The position numbers were made by a program, and so were the translations under genes. Shown piece by piece: positions 27,282 to 37,174 of a DNA stretch of 58,018 nt (position 1 is the first letter of the stretch; every line of letters starts with the position of its first letter). Under the pieces are notes generated by a model, which saw only the letters and a list, made by a program, of their open reading frames with translations, ran no database searches and had not been told where the DNA came from. This DNA comes from a virus (taxonomy: Duplodnaviria; Caudoviricetes), in the IMG/VR virus record IMGVR_UViG_3300032335_001124, positions 1 through 58,018 of that record, one strand, 5' to 3'.

Positions 27282-28163
27282 TTATATGGTTAACATACTT
27301 TCACAGCATATCAATAGGTCGGGATCACATAATAAATTTTTTGTGTATTTGTCGTCGTCATGACAAATCAGCCCACAAGGAAGGATCTCGTAATGGTCTT
27401 TAACCTTACGTACAGGAACGCAACGCCTATGCTCAAAACCAAAAGGAGGGTTTTCAAAAGCTAAACCCATCGAGCTCCGGTCAGCTATAGGCCAATTTCT
27501 AATCCCAACTTTCTCATAACTTTTCTGAGGATCATAGCTATCGGAACGAATATAGTAGTCTCCATCTTCTTGGTTTAGGATCATAGCTCCGTAATAAGGA
27601 TTAGCTAAAGCAACGAAAAAACTAACAGAGTGGTCTACAACTAAAACATTGGGGACTTTATAGCCCTGAGTAGACCAGACATTAGGGGTTTCTTTAGTAA
27701 GGGAATATCGGTAATAGTTATCAAAAGGAATTTTTTTATTATATTTTTTTTCGTATCTAACAAACCCAGGTTCAAGCTCGTACTTAGCTAAGACTGGTTT
27801 CCACTTCAAATAGTATTTAAAATTGTCATAAGTCATTAACATATCATTTTCTGTATAGATATAGTAATCTGCTTTTTTGTTTAAAATTGCCAAAGCTAAA
27901 TCTGTCTTGTGAGCCCAAGTTAAAAACCAACCTTCGTACCCAGGAGAAGCAACTTTAACTTGTATATTTAACTTACTAAACTCGCTTAAAAGGGTTTCTA
28001 AAATCTCTACGTCGTCTTGAGAACCATAATCTATGTAAATATTTGTTTCAAAAGTAAAAGGAAACTCCATATAACCACGCAGGAGATTGACCAAACAGTC
28101 AATGCGCTCTAAGGGTTTATGCGCCGTGATGGCAACCCAGATCTTCTTGGACATAAACCCCAA
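27282..28163 (-). CDS. putative glycosyltransferase-like protein (GT-A fold)
   Basis: N-terminal VAITAH strand and a DYYIYTEND DxD-like motif. Confidence 0.5.
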   Translation of the reverse strand: MGFMSKKIWVAITAHKPLERIDCLVNLLRGYMEFPFTFETNIYIDYGSQDDVEILETLLSEFSKLNIQVKVASPGYEGWFLTWAHKTDLALAILNKKADYYIYTENDMLMTYDNFKYYLKWKPVLAKYELEPGFVRYEKKYNKKIPFDNYYRYSLTKETPNVWSTQGYKVPNVLVVDHSVSFFVALANPYYGAMILNQEDGDYYIRSDSYDPQKSYEKVGIRNWPIADRSSMGLAFENPPFGFEHRRCVPVRKVKDHYEILPCGLICHDDDKYTKNLLCDPDLLICCESMLTI

Positions 28164-28170
28164 AATACTC

Positions 28171-30702
28171 TTAGTACTCTATTGAATAATTGCCTCGCCT
28201 TTGTAAATAAGTTATTAAATGCGTGTATGCGTCTAAAAGGTCGTCGTGCGACGTTGCCCCCACATTTATAATCTGATCAAACAACGCATCAAATTTTCTA
28301 TATCTGTTAAACACAATTTTTTTATTTTCTAGCAAACCTAGCGTCCCTCTAAAACGAGCTATTTTATCTCCTCTAAAACCGTTAACTTCATGAATATGTA
28401 AATTACTCAATCCCCTCTCATTTAACAAAACTCTTCTAAGGTCCGCCGCTAAACTCGCTTGGTAAGCAACTGACTCAACTACTAGCGTAACCGTAGAATA
28501 AGTCGGAAAATACGTATCGTTCTGAAAAGATAAGATTCCCCATTCAAGTAGCATATCGCACAGCAAATCTATTTTTTCTAAATTTCCAATAGACCGACAT
28601 TGGTGAGAATCAATAATGAAGTATTTGTCTTTAAGCCTTCCGCCTAAAACAAAAGCTGTATAGTCGCTGGTTTCATTTCTACTTGCGGATAAATCAATAC
28701 CGATAGCCAGCGAATCAAATTCAGTTTCAACTTCAGCTCGAACAAGCAAGTCTGGAGAAACAATTAAATCCGTGGTTAACACCGGCTGTTGCTGGTACTG
28801 GAAAGCAAATGCCACAGGGTCGAGTTCTTTCTGACCGAGTAAGTACTGAACACTCCACTGCTCAGGCCAATAACTTACGGGGTTGCCTTGATTGTCGTAA
28901 GTGACAGCTTCTTGTGTCACTTGTTTCCAATTTTTTTCCGGCGCAAACATTGTTTTATGTATATCTAACGGGTGAAAACGTGTACCTAAACAAATAGCTC
29001 TACCCCCTTCAAAAATAATTGGTGCGATAACAGATGACCAGTTGTTGTTCATTTCATCTCTAATAGCAGGGTTTCGTATATCGGCGCTGCTCTTGATGGG
29101 GTCGTCGATGAAACAGTTGCTTACAACAAATCCATTCGCAATAAAATTATGATCTGGATGGTCTATTTCAAGGTCATAGACAATGTGCGTTCCTCCGCTA
29201 ATTTTTTCAACTCCGGAAACGGTGAGGGTCTCCCAGCTTTGTCTGTAACCTGATGGTGAGCCACATGGCATTGACGGCAAAGCGTTATAAGATTGCAAAA
29301 AATGTTGTTTGACCGATCGTGATCTATGTGATGAACACACAGGTTTGTTCGCACTGTCCCGTCTTTTGTAGATAACTTCTTCTCCTTCGTATTGCAACCG
29401 ACACAGATGAAACTGTCCCGATTTAAAACTATCTTCCTCTGTTTTTTGAAGTCTCCTATATAACCCCCATGCTGGTAATTTGGGTTGTCCACACCGGTCA
29501 TTTTTTTGGAATGATTTAAATCTGCACACTGGCGAGAACAAAACTGTGTCGTATGCGATGTTGGGCGAAACCTTTTGTTGCAATACAGACACACCTGAGG
29601 TTTTAAAATTTGCTTCACCTGCCCCGCACAAGTCCGAGAACAACACAGAATTTTTTGATCGGTGCTTAATCTCTGAGCTAAACGGGAAGACATAACCGTG
29701 AATATCTCCTGACAACAGGGGCATTGAATCTCTACTTGAAATTTTCCTAGTTTTTGCCAACAAGTTGTACAGATTCTTTGTGTGCGTTGTTTTGCCTGAC
29801 CGCAACTCAAACAAACTTTTAGTTGATTCGCAGGCGGATACTCCGATAAGGGTTTGCCCTGTACTAATATCTCCCGCCCATTCGTACCCTTGGTCTGTCG
29901 TAAGGAAAGGATGCTCGGGAGTTGCGGAAATATAACGGTTATCTGTTGTTCTAATTCGAACAATTTTTGAGGAACAACGCCGTGTAGCTGCTGCCACGTC
30001 GCTCCAATCAATTTGATGTGTTTTTGAGTTTCTGACAGCAATTTGGAAGCGTCCTGGGTCTGCATAAATTTTTTTAATTGGCTGTTCGCCTTTATCTGTC
30101 AAGATTAGTGTATCGCCCGTAAGACACAAGTGTGCGCGTTTTGAGGTAATTGATCCTCTAAGACCTGCAGCGCGTAATGTGAATTCTTCGTCACCTACTC
30201 TAGGAATACCTGCGTATTCAAAATCAATAGACCAACCAACGTCACTTTGCATACCTGGTTTAAGCCTGCAATTAGGAAATATTTTTTTAAACTCAACTGA
30301 GTCAACAATTTGTTTGATAATTCGACTTTTAGGAATAGCAGTAGCAATGTTGTAAGAAATGTAAATTATCTGTAAGGGCATTTTTGCTGCTGTATGTCTT
30401 CCTATACACCACGCAGTAAACATATTTAACACGGTACTTTTCGCTGAACCCCTGGGGCTTAGTATATCAAGGTTTGATCCTGCTATATCTAATAAGTACT
30501 TATTGCTTTCATTTGTTATCAAGTGTGTATACCACTCCAACATATGTCTTGCTGGAGGTTTATCTAAAAGAGTACAAAACGTTTGAAAATCACCCGCTGC
30601 TTTGGTGTAAATAGAGTTCTCTCTTGTGCTCGAATCTTCAACAGCGCGAACAGCATTTAACTGAGCCCGGCGACGATAAGCAAAAGTTTCCCGGCTAGGC
30701 AT
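28171..30702 (-). CDS. terL: terminase large subunit (506 aa after intein removal)
   Basis: Walker A PRGSAKST, Walker B L|CFIDD, GTRFH, RNase H-like GIDLS..DYT and HDDLLDA. Confidence 0.92.
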   Translation of the reverse strand: MPSRETFAYRRRAQLNAVRAVEDSSTRENSIYTKAAGDFQTFCTLLDKPPARHMLEWYTHLITNESNKYLLDIAGSNLDILSPRGSAKSTVLNMFTAWCIGRHTAAKMPLQIIYISYNIATAIPKSRIIKQIVDSVEFKKIFPNCRLKPGMQSDVGWSIDFEYAGIPRVGDEEFTLRAAGLRGSITSKRAHLCLTGDTLILTDKGEQPIKKIYADPGRFQIAVRNSKTHQIDWSDVAAATRRCSSKIVRIRTTDNRYISATPEHPFLTTDQGYEWAGDISTGQTLIGVSACESTKSLFELRSGKTTHTKNLYNLLAKTRKISSRDSMPLLSGDIHGYVFPFSSEIKHRSKNSVLFSDLCGAGEANFKTSGVSVLQQKVSPNIAYDTVLFSPVCRFKSFQKNDRCGQPKLPAWGLYRRLQKTEEDSFKSGQFHLCRLQYEGEEVIYKRRDSANKPVCSSHRSRSVKQHFLQSYNALPSMPCGSPSGYRQSWETLTVSGVEKISGGTHIVYDLEIDHPDHNFIANGFVVSNCFIDDPIKSSADIRNPAIRDEMNNNWSSVIAPIIFEGGRAICLGTRFHPLDIHKTMFAPEKNWKQVTQEAVTYDNQGNPVSYWPEQWSVQYLLGQKELDPVAFAFQYQQQPVLTTDLIVSPDLLVRAEVETEFDSLAIGIDLSASRNETSDYTAFVLGGRLKDKYFIIDSHQCRSIGNLEKIDLLCDMLLEWGILSFQNDTYFPTYSTVTLVVESVAYQASLAADLRRVLLNERGLSNLHIHEVNGFRGDKIARFRGTLGLLENKKIVFNRYRKFDALFDQIINVGATSHDDLLDAYTHLITYLQRRGNYSIEY
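29116..30126 (-). mobile_element. intein (337 aa) inserted at the terminase Walker B strand
   Basis: Block A CLTGDTLILT, block B ATPEHPFLT, blocks F/G VYDLEI..DHNFIANGFVVSN followed by Cys+1. Confidence 0.92.
29163..30065 (-). CDS. Zn-finger/HNH homing endonuclease encoded out of frame inside the intein
   Basis: Multiple CxxC motifs, FCSRQC, G..NPNY..G and RD.F.CVGC...VHHIDHDRSNN...NLITLCRQCH...H. Frame is offset by 1 from terL. Confidence 0.85.
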   Translation of the reverse strand: MQTQDASKLLSETQKHIKLIGATWQQLHGVVPQKLFELEQQITVIFPQLPSILSLRQTKGTNGREILVQGKPLSEYPPANQLKVCLSCGQAKQRTQRICTTCWQKLGKFQVEIQCPCCQEIFTVMSSRLAQRLSTDQKILCCSRTCAGQVKQILKPQVCLYCNKRFRPTSHTTQFCSRQCADLNHSKKMTGVDNPNYQHGGYIGDFKKQRKIVLNRDSFICVGCNTKEKKLSTKDGTVRTNLCVHHIDHDRSNNIFCNLITLCRQCHVAHHQVTDKAGRPSPFPELKKLAEERTLSMTLK

Positions 30703-30756
30703 GTCAGTAAGCTGGCAATGTCGCTATACTAATCGTACTTCAAGTTTACCGTAAAA

Positions 30757-31929
30757 GTGGCAAAAGTACTCTGGTACGGAGATGCATGTTCTAACACAGG
30801 ATTTGGTCGTGTAACAACTAGCGTACTAGAACACTTACAGAAAGAACATGAAGTAGAGGTTATAGGAATCAACTATAACGGAGACCCTCATGATCTTCCC
30901 TATAAAATTTATCCAGCATCAAACTTAGCTTGTCCGGATCGTTTTGGTATTCCACGGCTACCGGAGTTGATCGACAAGATTAAACCTGATATTTTTATCT
31001 GTTTAAATGACGTTTGGATTGTAAATCAAGTATGGGAACGCATTCAATTCCTGAAAGATCAGTACAAATTTAAGTTTATTGCTTATTTTCCTATCGACAG
31101 CGAAGCTTATTACCCTGAAATGTTGCGGAATATTCCGCATTGGGACTTAGCCATAACATTTACAGTTAACTGTGCTCATAGAATTCTTAAACATAACATC
31201 CAACCAAGCAGGCTAGGTGTGTTACCCCACGGTGTAGACACATCTAAATTTACTCCTATGCCTCGGGATGAAGCTCGCGATGCACTAGGAATTCCAAAAG
31301 ATAAATTCATAGTTTTTAACGGGAATAGAAACCAACCTAGGAAACGAATAGATCTGACAATACAGGCTTTTGCTAAGTTTGCAATTGGAAAACCAGATAC
31401 AATGCTTTACCTCCACATGGGGGTAAAAGATCTAGGTTGGGACATAACCGCTTTATTTAAACGGGAAATGTCTAAGTACGACCTAGACGACAAACAAAGA
31501 TTGATTTTGACATCGAACGAAATAAATTATATTGCGGCTCCACCTGACGATTTATTAAACAAAATTTATAACTCATGCGACGTTGGTTTAAACACCGCCG
31601 ACGGGGAAGGTTGGGGTTTGGTTAGTTTCGAACATGCCAGTTGTCGTAAGCCGCAGGTGGTGCCAAACCATACGGCATGTAAAGATATTTGGGAAGGGGC
31701 TGGCCTGCTTATCGATATTTCTACGTGGGTAACGGATAAAGATCTAGGTGTAGAAAGAGGTTTAGTTGATGTAGACGACGCGGCAGCACTACTTACATCC
31801 TTATATAACGATAAAGAAACTTACGATACAGTAGCTGACGCTTGTTTTGATGTAACGCAACGTAACGAATATCGTTGGGAATCCGTTTCAATGGGATTCA
31901 CTAAAGCCATCTCTGATCTCCTCGCTTGA
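30757..31929 (+). CDS. GT4 family glycosyltransferase
   Basis: TGFGRV, PHGVD, NRNQPRKRID and EGWGL..FE motifs. Confidence 0.88.
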   Translation: MAKVLWYGDACSNTGFGRVTTSVLEHLQKEHEVEVIGINYNGDPHDLPYKIYPASNLACPDRFGIPRLPELIDKIKPDIFICLNDVWIVNQVWERIQFLKDQYKFKFIAYFPIDSEAYYPEMLRNIPHWDLAITFTVNCAHRILKHNIQPSRLGVLPHGVDTSKFTPMPRDEARDALGIPKDKFIVFNGNRNQPRKRIDLTIQAFAKFAIGKPDTMLYLHMGVKDLGWDITALFKREMSKYDLDDKQRLILTSNEINYIAAPPDDLLNKIYNSCDVGLNTADGEGWGLVSFEHASCRKPQVVPNHTACKDIWEGAGLLIDISTWVTDKDLGVERGLVDVDDAAALLTSLYNDKETYDTVADACFDVTQRNEYRWESVSMGFTKAISDLLA

Positions 31930-31930
31930 T

Positions 31931-33010
31931 ATGCAAACTACATTCCGCTTTCGCCACGTCAATTCAGACGTAACCTTCCCTATAAAAAAAGAATGCGAAG
32001 GCATTCCCAGTGTTTATAGACAAGCCGAAAACCTTAAAGGTAGTTTTACAAGAATTGTTTACGGTTTACCCAAAGATAGCGTGGGTAATTTTAGCCCTTC
32101 GATCCTACAACACAATAAAAATACCTATATTGCCTGGAGGTCTCAACCCGAACCTTTTGGTTTTAAGTACGACAATAACTATTACTATTTAAATAACACA
32201 CCTACAGATATTTATCTAGGTCAACTAGCTGATGATTGCACGGTTCTTGGGGCTAAGAAACTACGCTCCACGCCGCACCGACTTAGCTACGAAGACCCTA
32301 GGTTGTTTGTGGGACCAGATGAACAGATGTACGTACAATTTGTTACTTCTAAATATGCCAGTAAGTACGACTTAAAAGGTAAAAAGCTATTTGATTTCCC
32401 TAAAGTAGCAGTCTGCTACGTTGATCAAACAGGGGAAGCAGTCAGCGCTGCGATTCCGCCTATAGGAAAAAATAGGATTAAAGGCGAAACAGAAAAAAAT
32501 TGGTGCTTTTTTTCACATGAGGGTTTGCTGCACTGTCTGTACTCCATCAGACCTTTTGTTATTGAACGAGAAGATAAGACCTCAATAACAATAAACAGTG
32601 ATGTTCTTGAAAATGTAACTAAAGGAACGCCAACGTTCTGTTCGTTGCCGCCGCTAGAAGTAGATGAAGGAAACCTTGTGTTTTATCACTGGAAACACAT
32701 GACGTTTGACCAAAACGGTCAGCCTTATTTGCTTTATCACTTAGGCGTTTTTATGGTAGATAAACAATTTACAAAGATAACCCACGTGGCAAACGAGCCT
32801 TTATTTAGTGGGTCACTGGAAGATACACTAATCACCTGGACAGATTACGTAGGTAATCCAGTTTCCAAACAACCAGCGGTGTTACTACCCTTTGGTGCCT
32901 TTATAGAAGACGGAGAACTTGTAATGTCGCTAGGAGTAAACGACGCTTTTATGGGGATTTTACGTTGTCCTATAGATGAAATACTAAAAAAATTACAAGA
33001 AGTAAGTTAA
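31931..33010 (+). CDS. GH130-like five-bladed beta-propeller (glycoside phosphorylase/mannosyltransferase-like)
   Basis: FSPSI, YEDPRLF, EKNW.FF, P.GA and GVND motifs. Confidence 0.7.
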   Translation: MQTTFRFRHVNSDVTFPIKKECEGIPSVYRQAENLKGSFTRIVYGLPKDSVGNFSPSILQHNKNTYIAWRSQPEPFGFKYDNNYYYLNNTPTDIYLGQLADDCTVLGAKKLRSTPHRLSYEDPRLFVGPDEQMYVQFVTSKYASKYDLKGKKLFDFPKVAVCYVDQTGEAVSAAIPPIGKNRIKGETEKNWCFFSHEGLLHCLYSIRPFVIEREDKTSITINSDVLENVTKGTPTFCSLPPLEVDEGNLVFYHWKHMTFDQNGQPYLLYHLGVFMVDKQFTKITHVANEPLFSGSLEDTLITWTDYVGNPVSKQPAVLLPFGAFIEDGELVMSLGVNDAFMGILRCPIDEILKKLQEVS

Positions 33011-33534
33011 GACTTTTCTTCGCGTTCTAAAGTAGACCAAATAATTAGACCTGCATCTTCAAGTAAAGACGATATTGTCGGTTGATCTTGGAAAGTATTC
33101 GCTAACTCGCGTAAACAACGATCCGCGCCAGCTAACAGTAGCCCTCTACGATCTAAACCGTCAGAAATAGCACGTACTGTTTGTATGTGGGATCTTAGTT
33201 CTTTTTGTAAAGACGCAATTTTTGTAGCTGCTGTGGCATAATCAAGCATACCTTGAGTGGTCATCTTTCTTACATTTGTAATATCCATACGAAGTTCATC
33301 GATTTCAATTAGAAGAACTTTACGTAAATCTTCTTTTGGGTACTTTTCTTGAGTCCACGCGGTTAAATCTGCGATACTACCTGCGTAAGACGGTTTTAAG
33401 AAACGTGCATAAAGATAAGATTCTATATCGCTTGTCGCATTTTTAGCGTAATACGCAAAAGCATCCCGGTCTGATTTTTCTAACGAATTTAACCAGTCCC
33501 CTACAGTGGTACTATTTGCAATAAGTGTCGTCAT
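33007..33534 (-). CDS. helical protein, possible terminase small subunit
   Basis: Size, coiled-coil content and position upstream of terL; inference only. Confidence 0.3.
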   Translation of the reverse strand: MTTLIANSTTVGDWLNSLEKSDRDAFAYYAKNATSDIESYLYARFLKPSYAGSIADLTAWTQEKYPKEDLRKVLLIEIDELRMDITNVRKMTTQGMLDYATAATKIASLQKELRSHIQTVRAISDGLDRRGLLLAGADRCLRELANTFQDQPTISSLLEDAGLIIWSTLEREEKS

Positions 33535-34439
33535 TAAGCAAACGACCTATGTCCTTGGAAGACTCGCTGTGTTTTATCGCGTTCAAGTGCTAGTCGACCT
33601 TCGATATCAGCCCTGCGTAAAACAAGTTGATTTCGAGTATTTTCTTGAGCTCTAGCAATATCTAAATTTGTAGATGCTATTTGAGAAGCTAGTTCATTTT
33701 GTCCGGCTAAAGCCTGACCGCCTGCTTGAGCTAAAGTTGTGGCTGTTGGTTGTAGTAATGACGTTTCTCCTGTAAGAGTTTTACCCGCAACATCGGCTTG
33801 GCTTGCAAGAGTTTGTTGTCCTAATTGAGCTGTTCCTTGTTGCGCCCCCACACCGAGTTGGGAAGCTCCAGCTATTTGTTGTCCGCCAAGAGTTGTCTGA
33901 GATTCAATACCAGACCGACCCACAGCGCCTGTTTCGCCAACTAACTGCTTACCTATTTCACCTATTGATTTAGACCCTGTTAGAGCTAGGTTAGAGGCAG
34001 CTTCACCATATTGTTTAGCAAAATCTTTCGCTGTTTCAACAGGTGTTAGCTCAGTGGCGAGCTTGCTTTCTGCTGCTTTAGTTTGAAGGCCAATATCTGA
34101 ACCAGCATATTGACCAGCAATACCGGATTGTAAACCAGCCGCTGCTGCTTGTTCAGCTACAGCTTCGTTTCCAGCACCTAATTGCATTGCCTGAGAACCA
34201 CCGGCCCCCATTGCTGTCAAGCCATAAAACGCTCCTTGCGCAGCCGCAGCTGATCGCGTGGATTCAGTTACACCTACATTACCAGCAGATAATGTACCGC
34301 CATAAAGCATATTAAAATCCGCCATTGGATCTTTATATTGTTGCTGCTGTTGCGGTTTATTAAATATGGCACTACCTAAAGATCCAAGACCTCCAAGGAC
34401 CGATCCAATACCGCCGAGCGTAACAAAAGGTTCTGCCAT
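33534..34439 (-). CDS. putative DNA ejection/pilot protein
   Basis: N-terminal glycine zipper (LGGIGSVLGGLGSLG) and 11-residue A/G/Q repeats. Confidence 0.55.
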   Translation of the reverse strand: MAEPFVTLGGIGSVLGGLGSLGSAIFNKPQQQQQYKDPMADFNMLYGGTLSAGNVGVTESTRSAAAAQGAFYGLTAMGAGGSQAMQLGAGNEAVAEQAAAAGLQSGIAGQYAGSDIGLQTKAAESKLATELTPVETAKDFAKQYGEAASNLALTGSKSIGEIGKQLVGETGAVGRSGIESQTTLGGQQIAGASQLGVGAQQGTAQLGQQTLASQADVAGKTLTGETSLLQPTATTLAQAGGQALAGQNELASQIASTNLDIARAQENTRNQLVLRRADIEGRLALERDKTQRVFQGHRSFA

Positions 34440-34470
34440 ATTGGTTTTTTAGTACTTTCTTCTCATCATT

Positions 34471-35391
34471 CTAAGCACGAGTGCGAACACGGGCCGAAAA
34501 TGGTGCCGCCCCAGCATTAAAAGCCTCACTAAGCGCACCCATAAAATTAACATTAGGTTGCTGTAAAGCTGTCATCAATGATGCGGTTAGTGCTGCACTA
34601 CGAGTCTGAGCCTCAATTTGAGTTTGAGATATATCACGCCACGCCTTAATGTTCTCTAGTTCACGTAGTCTTTGAGTATTAAGTCTTGATTTTTCTAACG
34701 AACCGCGTTCGTATTGAGCTGCAATTTGTTGCTGACGTTCAAAATCTTTAGCTTTTTCGGTTGCAACAACTAAGCGTTCTTCTCGTACAAGCTCAAGTAA
34801 TTCCGGGGGAAGCATTGGAGGGTTTTTTGTCTGACCAGTTATGCTCGTGCTTTCCGAACCTTTAGACGCTGGTGCATTTAGTACTGTTGGACCTTTTTTG
34901 CCGGGCTCAATATACCCGGTAGGAAAAGCACCTCTAATCACCTTGTAAGAAGGAGCTGACTGGTACCCATAATCTTTACCCGCATAGAATTTACCATCTT
35001 TCTGCGCCCCCAGGACTAGATCCTCTAATTCGTTTTGTTTTTCTTGAGCTTGTTGTTTTGCTTCTTCATCTAATTGTGCTTTTTGTATTTCTCTATAGGA
35101 ACGTGGATAACCGCCAAAAACTTCTTTATACGATTCCGGACTTTGGTACCCATATTTTGGCCCTGCATAATATTTTGCACTTGCGTTAGGTGTTACAAAC
35201 CCCTGAGGAGCTCCTACATCTGGAACAGCAGATTTATTGAGTGCATTATTGTGTAATAAATTAAGGGGAAAAGGAAGAAAGTCTACTCCCATTTGTACCG
35301 CCTCCTCATAACTTGGAATAGCTTCCAATGTTGCCCTGCCCACAGAGGGCATTTTGTTTATACTTTCGTTTAAGAATGCAAAAGGATCCAT
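34471..35391 (-). CDS. putative internal virion protein with a duplicated YAGxxYGYQS motif
   Basis: Two copies of the motif; coiled-coil C-terminus. Confidence 0.5.
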   Translation of the reverse strand: MDPFAFLNESINKMPSVGRATLEAIPSYEEAVQMGVDFLPFPLNLLHNNALNKSAVPDVGAPQGFVTPNASAKYYAGPKYGYQSPESYKEVFGGYPRSYREIQKAQLDEEAKQQAQEKQNELEDLVLGAQKDGKFYAGKDYGYQSAPSYKVIRGAFPTGYIEPGKKGPTVLNAPASKGSESTSITGQTKNPPMLPPELLELVREERLVVATEKAKDFERQQQIAAQYERGSLEKSRLNTQRLRELENIKAWRDISQTQIEAQTRSAALTASLMTALQQPNVNFMGALSEAFNAGAAPFSARVRTRA

Positions 35392-35393
35392 GG

Positions 35394-36134
35394 TTACACA
35401 GGGGTAGCGACTTGACGCAAATCGGGATTATTTGCGTATGAACCTTGACCAGAAATAGCAGTAATCGTAGAATTTAATAAAGTTTTAGCTGCGTCATAGG
35501 CAGATGTATATTTTTGTCGCTCAATATCTCCGATAGCTTTTTGTTTAACTTCTTCTAAACTGAAACCTCGTTCTAACCCAGTTCGCGCTAAATCAGCTCC
35601 CTTTTCCATTTCAATTCTTTTAAATTCTTTATCCGCCTTAAGCTGTGCAAGCATACGTTCTTGCATCCCTATAGCTTGTAGTTCTTGTATTTTGCGGACA
35701 TTTAGTTCTTCTGCTTGGCGTTTTTGAGACTGCTCGATATCTTGCGTAAACTCGGCGGTTGTAGCAACCGGAGGAAGATTAGTCCCAAGTATCTTATTTG
35801 TAATTGCACGGTTTATATTTTCTTGGTTTCTATACGAAGTTTCGTAGTTAAGAAAGGGAGCAGGCCCCAGAAAATAGTTACCCGAATTAGCCTGTACCCC
35901 AACTGGACTATAAGGGCTCGGGGCAGTAGCACTAATAGCACCGCCAGCAAGTTGCGAAACTAAAGGTTCAAAATTAAAGTTTTTTTGTTTAGCCTCATCA
36001 CCGCCACCGACCATTTTGCTAACTAAGTATTCAACAGCAAGCTGAGGACCCAATGCTTTAGTTAAACTCGCTAGAAAACCTTCCAGAGAGGCGGCACTAG
36101 CACCAGCAGCAGCAGCAGCAACAGGAAGAGCCAT
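35394..36134 (-). CDS. putative ejection/internal virion protein
   Basis: Ala-rich N-terminus and coiled coil. Confidence 0.5.
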   Translation of the reverse strand: MALPVAAAAAGASAASLEGFLASLTKALGPQLAVEYLVSKMVGGGDEAKQKNFNFEPLVSQLAGGAISATAPSPYSPVGVQANSGNYFLGPAPFLNYETSYRNQENINRAITNKILGTNLPPVATTAEFTQDIEQSQKRQAEELNVRKIQELQAIGMQERMLAQLKADKEFKRIEMEKGADLARTGLERGFSLEEVKQKAIGDIERQKYTSAYDAAKTLLNSTITAISGQGSYANNPDLRQVATPV

Positions 36135-36139
36135 ATCAA

Positions 36140-36373
36140 TCAGGAACTAGCTGGGTTATCGAAAGATGTGCCTGAGCGAGGCTTCTTGTTATATTCTACA
36201 CCTTTAGTCTGTAACTCAGCTAAAACTCCATATTCATTTTGTTTAGCAGATGGGTGTGCAGCTGTCTGAGGAAAATTAGACTTTAAATACGCCTGCAAAA
36301 AAGCAGACGAATTTAAATCCGGGCTTTCCCGTCGTACATCTTTCTCAATTAACTGATGTTGTTTAGCGTTCAT
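36140..36373 (-). CDS. hypothetical protein
   Basis: ORF coupled to the upstream gene. Confidence 0.55.
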   Translation of the reverse strand: MNAKQHQLIEKDVRRESPDLNSSAFLQAYLKSNFPQTAAHPSAKQNEYGVLAELQTKGVEYNKKPRSGTSFDNPASS

Positions 36374-36879
36374 CAGCCTAATTCTTGATAAGCTTGCGAT
36401 GGAGGAATTACAGAACTTGCAGGAGCATTCAATATCGAATAGTTTGACCCGTAATTAGGCATATCATACGCTGGAGGACGTTGAGCGCTCAACATATCCA
36501 TATGCTCATCCCCTTGATTTTCTAAATTATGCAAGAAATTGAGGAACATTTCCCCAACTTCAGGATTATTTGTAATTAAATCAATAAGATCTAGAATTTC
36601 TTGTTCGTGGTGTGGGTCAGTAACCCCAGCCTGGAGCCTGTGCTGAAGTTGATTACGATAAACGGGCTGAGTGTTGTCTGGGGGTGCGTTTAAAGAGCGA
36701 GTAGCGCCCATATTCATCATATGTTCGTCTTCCATCCCAGGAGCGGGAGGCAACGTCTGACAAAAAGTCCTCATAACCACAGCGGTCATGGGTGCGGCAG
36801 CGGCTTGTTCGGCTGCGGTGATCGGAACGGGAAGCCCCAGAATCCGAGCAGCTAATTCATAATCCTGAGGCGAAAACAC
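36373..36879 (-). CDS. hypothetical protein
   Basis: ORF track; FSPQDYELAAR..GLP.P N-terminus. Confidence 0.55.
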   Translation of the reverse strand: MFSPQDYELAARILGLPVPITAAEQAAAAPMTAVVMRTFCQTLPPAPGMEDEHMMNMGATRSLNAPPDNTQPVYRNQLQHRLQAGVTDPHHEQEILDLIDLITNNPEVGEMFLNFLHNLENQGDEHMDMLSAQRPPAYDMPNYGSNYSILNAPASSVIPPSQAYQELG

Positions 36880-37141
36880 CAGAACACACCACTACTGATT
36901 CCTCTATTGTAGGCATTATTTTCAATAAATCGCCGGGGACAATGTTCAACGTCAAACAAATCCGTTCGATAACGTCTGGAGAAGGTATATATTTGGTGTC
37001 GTAGTAGATCTTGCGCGTTGTAGTAGGCGACAGATCTGCTAGTTTACTCAGCTTAAAAGAAGATAAACTTTGTGCGTCGACGATTGACTTTAAGTTATTT
37101 ATTAATTTACCATACGTTGTATACGAAGAGTAAAAAGGCAT
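36857..37141 (-). CDS. XRE/Cro-CI family HTH regulator
   Basis: LSSFKLSKLADLSPTTTRKI....PSPDVIERICLTLNIVPGDLL. Confidence 0.85.
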   Translation of the reverse strand: MPFYSSYTTYGKLINNLKSIVDAQSLSSFKLSKLADLSPTTTRKIYYDTKYIPSPDVIERICLTLNIVPGDLLKIMPTIEESVVVCSGVFASGL

Positions 37142-37174
37142 AGGATTAGTGTCAGTATAAAATTAGTATAGTAG

